Source of the DNA: Eledone cirrhosa
Taxonomy: Eukaryota
Assembly (NCBI GenBank): GCA_964016885.1
Contig: OZ024741.1
Span: 285,262,001 to 285,326,000 of the forward strand
Direction of reading: 5' to 3'
Length of the DNA stretch: 64,000 bases
The position numbers and the translations under genes were made by a program. This document shows, in pieces, positions 27,782 through 41,120 of the stretch (position 1 is its first letter; each line of letters opens with the position of its first letter). The notes beneath the pieces were generated by a model. That model was not told where the DNA came from, ran no database searches, and worked only from the letters and a program-made list of their open reading frames with translations.

Positions 27782-28605
27782 GGAGAAAGAGCAGCCTTCA
27801 TGAAAAATCCCTTCATAGTACCTTCTTTGAGAAACTGAATTCAGAGATCCACAGACATGGAACTGGTTGAAAAGAGGAGACCTTAAAAAGGCGACAGAAG
27901 GAATGCTAATGGCTGCGCAAGAGCAAGCCCTCAAAGCGAAGTGGTTGAAACACCATATTTACAAGGAGGAGGCTAGCCCACTGTGCAGGATCTATGGAGA
28001 GAGAGGAGACTGTGGTTCACATTGTATCCGAGTGTAAACACCTAGCCCAGACTCACTATAAGGGCTGGAGACATGATGCAAAGTAAACAATTTACCACAT
28101 TCTGAGAAGTGGTATGAGCATAAGCCAGAGTCGATGATAGAAAACGATCATGCTGTGGGATTTTAGGATACAGCCGGACGACAAATTGGAACACAATAGA
28201 CCTGACCTGGTGGTTGTGGACAAGAAAAAAAGATCGTGCCTGATTGTGGATGTGTCCTGCCCATTTGACACGAGAGTGCAAGAAAAGGAGAGGGAGAAAA
28301 TTAACCGATACCAGGACTTAAAGTGGGAGGTAAAAAGGATTTGGAACTGCCATGAAGTCAATGTAGTCCCGATTGTCATAGGCGCACTAGGTACTATCTC
28401 AAAAAGTTTCCAGGGATAGTTAAAGAAAATTGGCCCCTTCACGCTTTTTGGAACGCTTCAAAAGGCATGCTGCTAGGATACGTCCTGAATATTCGATACG
28501 TCCTGAATATCTGAGGCTGCAGGTAGTGGCTTGATATTCATTTCAACAAACTTTCCAGTTAACTAACATCAATGACTGAGACTCAAAGAACAATAATAAT
28601 AATAA
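27780..28605 (+). mobile_element. R4/Dong-clade LINE 3' fragment between (TAA)n tracts
   Basis: WLKRGDLKKATEGMLMAAQEQAL..; WDFRIQPD..HNRPDLVVVD..IVDVSCPFD..VPIVIGALG. Confidence 0.88.
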
Positions 28606-28840
28606 TAAATACGAAGACTAAAATCAAAAGAGGGCTCGATAAGGATAAATATATCGAATAAATAAGAACCCTAGAACAAATCTGTTATTTTAATATATAT
28701 ATATCATATATCTATATATATATCATACTCAGCCCTATGAGGGCATCGAGTGCTCATACGACCTACCGCTCATACGGACGCTCTAAGTATCCAACACCAA
28801 TTATATATATATATATACATATATATATCCATATATATAC

Positions 28841-28899
<59 letters not shown>

Positions 28900-29411
28900 C
28901 ATATATATACATATACATATATATATATATGTATATATATATATGTATATATACATATATATATATACATATATATACATATATATATATTTTTTTTTTT
29001 ACTCGATCGACTTTCGTCAAATCGGACCGAGGAAACAATGTTTCCGTTGGTCTTTCCAATTGCTAATACTATCTATCGGTCGCAACTCCAGGTAGAAGGA
29101 GCAACGTGAAATAAAGTGTCTTGCTCAAGGACATAACGCATCGCCTGGTCCAGGAATCGAACTCAAAACCTCAAGATTGTGAATCCAATTCTCTAACCAC
29201 TCAGCCACACGCCTTCACTATATATACATATATATATATATATACATATATATACATATATATATATACATATATATATACATATATATACATATATATA
29301 TACATATATATATATATAGATATATATACATATATATATACATATATATATATACATATATATATATACGTATATATATATACATATATATACATATATA
29401 TATACATATAC

Positions 29412-29446
<35 letters not shown>

Positions 29447-29544
29447 CATATATATATACATATATATATACATATATATATATACATATATATACATATA
29501 TATATATATACATATATATACATATATATACATATATATATATA

Positions 29545-30361
29545 GACGTACAGTAGTATGTATATATATATACATACATGCACACATATATATATGTACC
29601 TATGGATTCACCGAACATTTATGATAATGCTCGGTGTGTTTGTAAACAAACATCCCGAATTAAGCCGTACAGTGTCTAGCAACCATCGTTGTTCATTTGT
29701 TCAACACTGACAAAGGAACGCTGTACTAGTTTCAAGCTTATTAGCTATCGTCAGCAACGTATACCTTCTTGCCAGATGGTTGAACGTCTGAAAGTATATA
29801 CTTTCCTTATGCATATTAACGGCTGAGCAGCCTAACCTGCATATCGAGTGAGTCAACCGGCCGGGGTACCGAAAACGATAAACGGAAAAAATAAAACGAA
29901 ATTTCATTTCTCACTCTTAGTACGGCTGTTTCTTAAATATAAGTATGTATACGTACATACAAATATGTATACATACGTACAGTAGTATGTATATGTATAC
30001 ATATATGCACACATATATATATGTACGTATGGATTCACCGAACATTTATGATAATATGCATAAGGAAAGTATATACTTTCAGACGTTCAACCATCTGGCA
30101 GGAAGGTATACGTTGCTGACGATAGCTAATAAGCTTGAAACTAGTACAGCGTTCCTTTGTCAGTGTTGAACAAATGAGCAACGATGGTTGCTAGACACTG
30201 TAAGGGTTAATTCGGGATGTTTGTTTACAAACACACCGAGCATTATCATAAATGTTCGGTGAATCCATACGTACATATATATATATATATGTGTGCATGT
30301 ATGTATATATATATACATACTACTGTACGTCTGTATACATATATGTATGTACGTATACATA

Positions 30362-30396
<35 letters not shown>

Positions 30397-31409
30397 GGAA
30401 AAAATGAAACGAAATTTCATTTCTCACTCTTAGTATGGCTGTTACTTAAATATAAGTATGTATACGTACATATATATATATATATACAGACGTACAGTAG
30501 TATGTATATATATACATACATGCACACATATATATATGTATGTACGTATACATACTTATATTTATGGAACAGCCGTACTAAGAGTGAGAAATGAAATTTC
30601 GTTTCATTTTTTCCATGTAACGTTTTCGGTGCGCCCGGCCGATTAACTCACTCGATATGCAAATTAGGCTGCTCAGCCGTTAATATGCATAAAGAAAGTA
30701 TATACTTTCAGACATTCAATCATCTGGCAGGAAGGTATATGGTGCTGACGATAGCTAATAAGCTTGAAACTAGTACATCGTTCCTTTGTCAGTGTTGAAC
30801 AAATGGACAACGATGGTTGCTAAACACTGTTCGGCTTAATTCGGGATGTTTGTTTACAAACAAACCTAGCATTATAATAAATGCTCGGTAAATCCATACG
30901 TACATACATATATGTGTGCATGTATGTATACATATACATACTACTGTACGTTTGTATACATATATGTATGAACGTATACATACTTATATTTAAGTAACAG
31001 CCGTACTAAGAGTGAGAAATGAAATTTCGTTTCATTTTCTCCATATAACGTTTTCGGTGCGCCCGCACGATTAACTCACTCAATATGCAAATTAGGCTGC
31101 TCAGCCGTTAATATGCATAAGGAAAGTATATACTTTCAGACGTTCAATCATCTGGCAGGAAGGTATACGGTGCTCACGATAGCTAATAAGCTTGAAACTA
31201 GTACATCGTACCTTTGTCAGTGTTGAACAAAAGGGCAACGATGGTTGCTAAACACTGTTCGGCTTAATTCGGGATGTTTGTTTACAAACAAAGCGAGCAT
31301 TAGAATAAATGCACGGTAAATCCATACGTACGTATATATATGTGTGCATGTATGTATATATATATATACTACTGTAGGTCTGTAAAAATATATTCTGTTC
31401 GTATACATA

Positions 31410-31413
<4 letters not shown>
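29545..31413. repeat. Tandem/inverted array of the ~428-bp hammerhead-containing (retrozyme-like) unit
   Basis: Copies: - 29545-29945; partial - to about 30053; + 30053-30390; partial - 30392-30562; + 30571-30998; + 30999-31413. HHRs at 29719-29759 (-), 30111-30151, 30740-30780 and 31168-31208. Confidence 0.9.
30740..30780 (+). ncRNA. Minimal type-I hammerhead ribozyme motif (intact core)
   Basis: TGGTG-CTGACGA-T-AGCT-AATA-AGCT-T-GAAAC-TA-GTA-CATCG; predicted cleavage after GUA (30775). Confidence 0.85.
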
Positions 31414-31488
<75 letters not shown>

Positions 31489-32049
31489 TACAATAACAGA
31501 GATAGTTTAAAGCTAAACTCTGACTGGTAACCATCTCACTCAACAAACATTAGGTTATATTAAAATATAAACCCAATTTAAGTGTTTGGGTGCTAACAAT
31601 ATGTATAATGTGGAAAAACCAGTTGTATTATTTTATGAGATATAATTAAAGTTAAAGTATATCTCTCTTTCCAAACAATTGTTTCATTATAAGTTTTCTA
31701 CAAGTTTGGGAGAATGTTTCCTGTTTATGTAGAAGCCTAATATATATTCATGTAAGAATATATTTAGGTGGGCACTTATAAATCGTCAGTGGAAGCCCAT
31801 TAAACATTGATATAAGAAAACAATTTCTTACCGCTGTCAAAAATCATGTCCGTAAAGTTGGTCTCTCTCACCTCGAATGACCGCTAAATTTGAAATTCCA
31901 GCAGTTTTTGACTGAGGAAGTATCATAGCGACGCAAAGCGGGAAGGGGAGACAACCCACGAAATGAGGAAAAAATAATAATATACACGCGGGTTAATTAG
32001 TTTTTTTGAAAACATTATCAATCCAACGTGTTTAAGAACTCAATTGAAA

Positions 32050-32080
<31 letters not shown>

Positions 32081-32416
32081 ACTACGTAGGTGCCTATTTG
32101 CGTGTGTACGTAAGCATACATACATGAATGTTTGTTTGTATGTATGTATGTATGTATGTATGTATGTATGTATGTATGTATGTATGTATGTATGTATGTA
32201 TGTATGTATGTATGTATGTATGTATGTATGCATGTATGTATGTATGTATGTGTGTATGTATGTATATATGTATGTGTGTTCTTTTAGTATTAATTTTAAA
32301 ATTCTTTTCTGATGACCCTGTGATAAACCTGTGAAACACAAAATTGACCACACTCTATTTAGCGTTAATAAAATGAACACAAATGTATGTATATATGTAT
32401 ATATACATACATATGT

Positions 32417-32900
32417 TAGGTCATTCTTCAGTACTACTGGTAACATATAACCCGGTACAGCTTGGGCATGGTAAGGTCGTCGACGACTAAACCGGCAACC
32501 CCACCAAGATTGCTTAGTGAGGAGAGTGATTTAGGATGAAAAACAAAACCTGTCAAAGGGCGGAGGAACTTAGGAGAGTTAACGGCCTTCCAATAAAATA
32601 TTTTTTTTTGTGGAGCAAAAGACTCCTAGTCTTCATTAAGACATCTCTCTAGGAGAAGGTCACTCTGCTATAAAATCTGCGACATCGTTTCCATCCAATT
32701 ATTTAGACCAGTTCTTGTTTTGGGGCAAATGCGCTGATGTTAGAGGAGGATTGGCCCCGTGAAAAGCCTTTCCACACTTAAAAAAGCTTCAAGCACAGGC
32801 ATCGCTTGATATGTGATATTGTTTAGGATGCATGGTATTGCTAGCCATAGGCAAGTCGCTAGTAGGACTAACACGCCATGCCCGTTTAAGTATCAAGCGA
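32417..32900 (+). mobile_element. Interspersed repeat, probably a 5' UTR region of an RTE-type LINE
   Basis: 32417-32590 is homologous to 40195-40400 (-). The family assignment rests on recall only. Confidence 0.45.
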
Positions 32901-34032
32901 TGGCATTACTCAAAATCGAGTTGCAGCCATCATTTATACACACACATGTATATACACATACACACATACATTTCTCTCCTTATTATATGAAATTTTGTGT
33001 GATGGTCATTTGCTGTAGATGCTCATTTCTATATAACAAATAGAAACCATCATCTGGAAATGCTAATTTGCATATTGTGCGAACTTAACTGTTTATGTTT
33101 AATTGGCGGTAACACAAAAACAACTTTTAAGTATAATAAAGGTTGAGTAATTGTCACTGATGAAAGATTAACAAATCTTGAAACAGCACTGTAAGACATT
33201 CACAAAACGTACTGGCAATTCTGTGGTATATTCACAGAACGAAATAGAGAAACATAAAAGTATTTTAGTTTAGAAAAGAAAATTTTTCTCTGATAGCGAG
33301 GCTACCTATATGTTTATTGTATATAGACGTTCTCATACCCCCCTCTCTCTCTCTTCCCCTCTCATTTTCTGTCTCTGACTCTATTTCTCTCTCTCTCTCT
33401 CGCTATATATATATGTATATATATATATATGATCTCATGATTACATACATACATAAAAAAATATGTAACGTGTGTGTGTATGTGTGGGCTTGGCTGGGTA
33501 TGTAAATGTGATGCACACACACACGTATATTAAACATGTCACTCATCACAGATCGTTAAAATCTGTATACATGAAGAATGCTTTTAGCGAAAGATTTTTA
33601 GTAGTGATTAAGAGACATTTTGAAGTTTTTTAAAAATTGAAATACTTATACAGATTTCATCTATCTATTCGTTCAAGCGATTCAGTCCTACGTGACAACG
33701 AGAACAACAACTATAGCACCAAACAACAACTAGAATATATATATATATATATATACTTCTGTTTAAAATGTTGACTAATCAGTTTTTGTGTAATCAAACA
33801 CACCAATCAGTGAACGATGATGCAATTAGGTTTAAGCACTCGACGTCATATTTATTAAATACGATTTGTCAGTCTATGACGGAGTATACGTAAAATCATG
33901 ATAATTGCGAAGGTCAGATGTAAATATATAAGGGGCTGTAACTAAACGTTACGAACCGTTTTATCCAAAGCTTTAACGATCTTGTCAACCCACCGCTCTT
34001 CTCAGTAACAAAACAATGGAAAAAAATCTTAC

Positions 34033-34227
34033 CTAAAGATATTTTCTCTCCAGCATCCGGTGGAAGGATAAATAATAACAGAGACAGTGCAGAAATAAGC
34101 ACACACGGTATGATGATGTTGAAGCCATAATATAGAGTTCGACGACGAATGTGAATTGTGTATGTTGCATCCAAGTAAATTTCCGGACAACAGTCGTAAC
34201 TGACAACGTTACGCTTGCCGGTGACAG
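34033..34227 (-). CDS. CHRNA7-like: Nicotinic acetylcholine receptor alpha subunit (alpha7-like), internal exon encoding loop C, TM1 and the TM1-TM2 linker (exon 7 equivalent)
   Basis: TTTCAG| acceptor and |GTAAGA donor; 195 nt, phase 1-1. Translates [65 protein letters not shown]: vicinal CC in YxCC..Y marks an alpha subunit and GEK is the cation-selective motif. Size matches vertebrate CHRNA7 exon 7 as I recall it. Confidence 0.95.
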   Translation of the reverse strand: MSPASVTLSVTTVVRKFTWMQHTQFTFVVELYIMASTSSYRVCLFLHCLCYYLSFHRMLERKYL

Positions 34228-34279
34228 CTGAAATGATACAGACATGAACAGAAATAGAGATAAGTAAATAGCTATACAG

Positions 34280-34350
<71 letters not shown>

Positions 34351-34475
34351 TATCCACGGTAAGTTGTGGGGTCCAGTCTGCATGTAGAACTCAATGTAAT
34401 CCATATGTTGAAAATATTGTAGGTTAAAATAAATCCCGGAAAACAATAAAACATTAAAAGTAAAACAGAGTCATG

Positions 34476-35396
34476 ATATAGGTTAAAACAATGAAATAAA
34501 AATTCAAGTCATTAGAAATATGCTTCACTGTTTACGATCATTTCTAGGTGATGATAATACATCGTAACCATACTTCGTTATCGATCTATGTAAGGTTAGT
34601 TACAAAATATCATGTATATCACCAGCTGTTGTCAAAAGCAATGAGAATTTTATTCAAAATTAGTAGTAAATGCACTTTGTGATCTATGAAATTTATGCGT
34701 TTGGACTATATGTCAACATGCATTTATCTGAGTTTGATTATTTATACATGGACATACTTGAAAGTATTTTAAGACGTATCATACGCTGTATTACACTATA
34801 TACAATGTTACATTATATTATATTATTGTATTACTATATTTCATTATCTTATTATAATTTTCATCTTTTAATATATTATCTTTCCTGGTCATGATCTTAA
34901 TTTATATTCACCTAAAAACTCCATACAACACAACACAACATTTAATTTTTAAATTCCTTTTAAACTTCACTATACCATATACATTCAACTATCAATATGA
35001 CAATCCCCTTTTTCCTAATAGATTCTTTATAGCAATTCTATTGTTAACACCATTCAACCATTCCTTTCAAAGGGTCATGACCTCTATTTTTTATCTTAAC
35101 ATCATATGGGAAAAAACAATCTGATTGGTTTGTTCTTCAGCTACCTCCAAATAAGGTCACAGAACTAAATTTACTACTAATTTACTACTAATTTTGTTTG
35201 AATAAAATTCTCATTGCTTTTGATAACAGATGGTGATATACATGTAAGTAAATATTTTCCTTATCTGATATTTTGCAACTAACCTTACATAGATCGATAA
35301 CGAAGTATTGGTACGATGTATTATCACCACCTAGAAACGATCGTAAAGCAGTGAAGTATATTTCTAATGACTTAAATTTTTATTTCATTGTTTTAA

Positions 35397-35403
<7 letters not shown>
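34476..35403. repeat. Imperfect ~200-bp inverted repeat (34476-34671 / 35180-35403) with ~510-bp spacer
   Basis: Arms are reverse-complementary by eye; the right arm has a ~24-nt insertion and abuts (TA)n. Confidence 0.9.
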
Positions 35404-35483
<80 letters not shown>

Positions 35484-35927
35484 TGTGTGTGTGGGTGTGA
35501 GAAAAGGTGAAATTGGAAATAGCACGGAAAATATATTTAGGGTCTGTTTTTCTTTTTTATCCTTTCTTTGATTCGTCAAAGCGACATTATTGAAAAAATG
35601 AGAGGGGCAATTATTTTGAAAAAGAGTTTTATAATGTATATAAAGTACACCTCTCTCTCTATACACAAGAGTTCATTTTCCAGTCTCCTTCTCAACAGGG
35701 AAGATGAAAAAAACTTACCTCTTAATTTTAAATCTTTAATTTTTAGTTTTTAATTCTTATAAATTCTTTTAAATTGTAATACTCAACATTTGATAAGATG
35801 AATTTTATTAATACATCGAAACCGGTTATACTTTATATACATTATAAAACCGTACTGGTTTCCATAGGTTGATGCGACTGTATGTCTTTCCGATGTTTTC
35901 TCTATTGTCCTGTACGGTCTTCATTTT

Positions 35928-36003
<76 letters not shown>

Positions 36004-36055
36004 TTTCTGAATTTGTTTAGCAAGATTCTTTATCTGAAATCGTGTGTTGAAACCG

Positions 36056-36601
36056 ATATTGTTATACTTTGGGAGGGTCATGTTGCCAATAAGAAACACA
36101 CGCACCAGCTGCTTTCACTTCAATTTAATTTAATATATATTTATAAATTTACAAATTTATAAATTTCTGGTTGGTTGGTTGGTTCCACAACCAGATAGTT
36201 GTTTATATATATATAGTCATAGTTCTTTCGTCACACACTCTGTGACCTCTTCAGTGACTGGGGATTTCTTTCTTCGTTTCTGTGCCTTTCCTTTCTTCTA
36301 TCCTACGCCATTTTGTTTGTGTGTGGGTTCCCACACACAAACAAAATGGCGTAGGATAGAAGAAAGGAAAGGCACAGAAACGAAGAAAGAAATCCCCAGT
36401 CACTGAAGAGGTCACAGAGTGTGTGACGAAAGAACTATGACTATATATATATAAACAACTATCTGGTTGTGGAACCAACCAACCAACCAGAAATTTATAA
36501 ATTTGTAAATTTATAAATATATATTAAATTAAATTGAAGTGAAAGCAACTGGTGCGTGTGTTTCTTATTGGCAACATGACCCTCCCAAAGTATAACAATA
36601 T
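36056..36601. repeat. 546-bp near-perfect palindrome carrying a hammerhead motif in each arm
   Basis: Centre GGG-TT-CCC at 36325-36332; one mismatch found; HHRs at 36398-36442 (+) and 36215-36259 (-). Confidence 0.95.
36398..36442 (+). ncRNA. Minimal type-I hammerhead ribozyme motif
   Basis: AGTCA-CTGAAGA-G-GTCACA-GAGTG-TGTGAC-GAAAG-AA-CTA-TGACT: stem I 5 bp, stem II 6 bp, stem III 2 bp, CUA site. Confidence 0.85.
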
Positions 36602-36622
36602 ATATATATATTTATATATATT

Positions 36623-36730
36623 CTGATGACCGTATGATAAGCAGGTGAAACTCCAGAGTAACAAGACTCAATATTTAGCTTTAATATAATGAATATACGA
36701 ACTCTATTTCTGTATTGAGGGCTCTTTTCT
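36623..36730 (+). ncRNA. 5'-truncated hammerhead motif with pLTR-like tail
   Basis: CTGATGA-CC..AGG-T-GAAACTC-CA-GAGTA; the 5' strand of stem I is lost at the (TA)n junction. Degenerate relative at 32309-32380. Confidence 0.55.
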
Positions 36731-36743
36731 CTCAGCCGTCAAC

Positions 36744-36892
<149 letters not shown>

Positions 36893-37639
36893 TGTATGTA
36901 TGGACCCGTAACTTATGGTGCAGTTGTGAGGTGTCGTCTTGGAATTTTAAACCTGGCGTATCCCATCTCTCTCCAGGTCTGAATAAAGCCGATTTCAGTG
37001 AGAGCGAGAGTGGGAAAAATTGACCCAAGTATTCAACTCATAGCTTTTTTTTATCGACCTCGATAGGATGATGGCAAAATTAACCTCGGAAGGATTTGAA
37101 CTCAGAGAGCCGAGAACCAAAACGACTACTACAAACCATTATATTCGACAAATCTGCCGAATCGCCGCCTATAAATAACTCAATTATAATTGCTTTGTTA
37201 TGCTTTTTTTTATTGATCATATATTACACATAAACATACAACTAAAGTACTGAACAAATAGCGTTTCTTACACTACAAAGACAGTCCTACGAACAATAGT
37301 AAGAAGGCATTTATTAGAATTTATTTATAATTTATTTATAGGATCGATGGTCAGCTTCTTGCTGCCCTTATGTCACTATACGAATGCCAGTGAATTTGTG
37401 TTAGGATAAATAATGCTAAATCGAAACCATTCAATATCGGTAGGGGGTCGGACGCCATGCTTTGCAGCATAGAGTTACGGCCCTTTATGATCTGAGTTCA
37501 AATCCCGCCGAGGTTTACTTTGCCTTTCATCCTTACAGGGTCGATAAAATAAAGTACCAGTCACGCACTGAGGTTTATTTACTTGACTATCCCCCTCCCT
37601 AAAATTGCTGGTCTTGTGCCTATATAAGAAACCATTATT

Positions 37640-38430
37640 TACATTAACAGGATTGAAATGCGCAGCCGGGTTCGATGTGATATGACTGGCGAGTGCAAAA
37701 TTAGTCGGCTGGAATTTGCAGACGACATAGAGTTACTTAATTCAACAGAAGATGATCTTTGACGTGCACTTGATAGGTTTGATGCTGAGTGCTGCATGGC
37801 TGGAATGAAAATCAGTGCTGCGAAAATTAGTTGTTCGTCCTCTCAAGGAAGCCTGCACGGTGCACTCTACAAGTGAATGGTGTTCCACTGAAACAGGTAG
37901 AGAAGTTCAATAATCTCGGGGCCGTGTTCACGAGTGATGGAAGGGAGGAGGCTGAATTAAGTGCAAGAATTGCAAAAGCTGGTGCCGTAATACGGTAGCT
38001 CCAGCATTCAGTAATCAGAAGAAGGGGGTCAGGCGCAAAAGCCAAACTCGCTATCTTCAATTGGGTATTCGTGCCAACCCTTACTTATGGTCATGAATCT
38101 TGGGTAATGACCAAAAAAATACTATCGTGAATACAAGCGGCCGAAATGGGATACGTCCGAAGGGTCTTTGGAGTAACGTTACTCGATAAGGTGCATAGCT
38201 CAGTGATCATGGAGTCACTCCAGGTAGATCTGCTACTTCTCTGAATTGAGAGATCACAGCTCCGATACTATAGCCATATGGTTACAATGTCTCAGGAAAG
38301 AATCGGTGGACAGAATTTACAGGAAAAACCAACCGGCGGGAGACCTAGGGGTAGACCCCAATCAAGATGGTTGGATAACACCAATGAGCTCGGTTGGTTA
38401 CGTTTGGATATCCTGGTTATATGCCGGTAA
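37640..38430 (+). mobile_element. RTE-clade LINE RT 3' fragment
   Basis: EFADDI..LDRFDAECCMAGMKIS..PLKQVEKF..ELSARIAKAG remnant with stop codons. Confidence 0.85.
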
Positions 38431-40589
38431 CTACTCCTCCTGGCAGCAAAGGTTAGTGAGGGGCTGGACGCTTGAAGAAGAGCTGGGCACCACTAAGCAT
38501 TTGTAAGGCCCACATAAACACAGTCAAGTATCTAGAGCGTTACCCAACAGCTGACTGCACTAGCTGCGGGAACTAGTTATTTTGTTAAGTACACGTAAAA
38601 AAAACAAACTTATTGATCACAGAAGGTATGACACTTATCAACCTTTACACATAAGTGAATGAATGCACCACCGAGAAAAACCTTAACACTGAAGCTAATC
38701 CAGATAGAAATAGCAACCAAATCTCCCTCAATGCATCCCCAATTGCATCATATTTGTATATATGTAAGAATGAGCCAACGAAGTAATTTTTACGTGATAA
38801 TTAGGGCTGTTATAAATGACAGCCAAATTGAACTCATATTACACCACACCCAATAGATTTTAAAACGTACATTATGTCAATTTATAAGGAGGGTCACAAT
38901 ACGACCAGCTCATGCTTTTTGCCTAGGCGTGTAATTCATACGTGTATTCAAAACGAACGAGCACATCAAGTGTGTGTGTGACTGCGTGCGCACTAGCGTG
39001 TATGTATGTGTGTAATGGTATGTTGGTATGTGTGTGTATAAGTGTTGTGTTTGCGTGCACGTAATGATTCGTTTGTATTTTTCATTGTTCCTACATTTCC
39101 AGTATCGACATAATCAATGGAATTATAAGGAGCTTAGTTTATTATTGAAAACGAAATCATATTTTTCAAAGATTTACAGCAGATATAATCAAACATGTGA
39201 TGTGGCCCTACATTAAGAGGCAAAACTTAATAATACGCTATTAAATTAAATTAAACCAACAAATTATCCAAAGTCTAACTACGGAATATTAGAAAGAATT
39301 ATCATTTAGAACACTCAAACGGTATTAATTTGTTGTTTTTGATTCTGTAAGGATTAATTCTGTCAGTAATTTTGGAAAAATCAACTAACAGGATGGCTCA
39401 GAGGGAAGATTTATGACTAATCCTTTCTTACATAAATTTTCAAATTAAAATGGCTTTAATTTCAAGAATCAATTCCTCATAAATTTTACTCATGAATGTA
39501 TTTCCTTTTGTTTATTCACCAACATGCGTCAAGCTAATGAATAGGTATATCTTTCTTTACTACTCTCTCTCTCCCTCTTTCATTCTTTCTCTCTATCGTT
39601 CTCTTCCCTCCTCCTCTCCTCCCTCTCTCTCTATCGTTCTCTCCTCCCTCTGCCTCTCTCTCGCTCTCTTTTTATTTTTTCTCTTTATCGCTCTCTCTCT
39701 CTTTCCCTCCCTCCCTTCCTCTCAGTATAATTTTCTATTCTTTTATAGACGTTAGACATTGTGCTGTGAATTAGTGCGATTTGTATACTTGCGAGAATAT
39801 CAATTGGAGTATCGATTAGAATGTTTTCCGGTAGTTGTGTTGTCCCTGCTTTCCGAGTTCAAATCACACGGGGATCAAGTTTACCTTTAGTCCTAATTTA
39901 ATCTAATCTGGCCAAGTTTACACTCGCAAATGAGAAGAACCAGGGCCGCCCCAAGGAGCATTGGGCTTCGTGTACTTCATATTTGTTTCGGTTGCTGAAT
40001 ACAATCAAGGGTCACTGCTTCTGCTGAAGGTCAATAGTTCTCTTCTAACTCGAGCGGGATCGCCTTTCCATTGTTAATTTGCATGGATCATCTGCAAAGC
40101 CGCATTGTTCTCAGAACCACTACACCAGTCTTTCGATGCGTGCAGTTAGAACTACTGCCACCCACTGATTTGGTAGGATTCTTTTTTTCGATGGCCGTTT
40201 ACTTTTATGAGTTCTTCCACCGTTTGTCAGGTTTTGTTTTTTGTCCTGCAGGGTGTCCAAAATCCTCCTCCTCAACAAGTAAACTTGGTCGGGCTGCCAG
40301 CTTAGTCACCGACGACCCGACCATGTGACAGTTTATACTGGGTTACATGTTACCAGTAGCACTTGAGAGTGACCTAGTCCTATAAGGGGTTGATACTATG
40401 ATTTGTTTATTTCTGCTTCCTTGTAATCCCCCTCTCTCTATCACTATTTATTTTCATTCGCGAATCCTTTCTGTCTGGATTGTACATACTCTTTGGGGAT
40501 CGAGGTTTGCCATATGTATGTATACATAAATACACACACAAACACATACACAGACACAGACACACATGATTGGAAAGGCGACCATAGTG

Positions 40590-41120
40590 TTCCAACTGAT
40601 GAAACTCGATTTAGTCAAACACAGCCATCAGCACATACATCAATCTGCGCTTGTACACCAGCATTGTACTTCCCACGGCCATCTACGCCTGCGAAACGTG
40701 GAAATACTCTGTTAAGACTAATAGGCGTCTAAACACTTTCTAATGAAAGTGCCTGCGTAAGATTGAAAAGGTCACCTGGCTAGATCGGGTTAGGAAGGAA
40801 GAGATCCTACAGAGTGCCGAATCGTGTACGCTGCAGGTGGATGTCATGGAGAATCGGTTCCGTTTTGCTGGTCACATTCTGCGCCTCCTAGAACACCACC
40901 CGTCCAAAATGGCGATGACGTGGACTCCCCCGAAGGCAAGCGGAAAAGAGGTCGACCGAAGATGACCTGGCAGCGGAGATTTCAAAACAACCTACAATCC
41001 GTCAACATCACCTGACACGGATGTCAACAAGCTGCCACCGACTGACAGCGTTGGAGACGATTGGTTGACTTATGTTCCCGACGGAACAAGCCAGACTAAG
41101 AGCTAAGAGCTATGAGCTAA
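40590..41120 (+). mobile_element. RTE-like LINE 3' end with (CTAAGAG)n tail
   Basis: YACETW..KCLRKI..GHILR..GKRKRGRPKMTW remnant and a short tandem-repeat tail. Confidence 0.75.

Noticed and set aside
28730-28800. Possible hammerhead remnants (CTATGAG-GGCA..TGCTC here; ATGAAGA..GAAACCAGTA at 35845-35925 on -)
   Set aside because: Core nucleotides or stem I are missing; too degenerate to call.
29545-31413. CRISPR-like or other prokaryotic repeat-spacer array
   Set aside because: Units are ~428-bp whole-length repeats with no unique spacers and no cas genes, in a eukaryotic intron.
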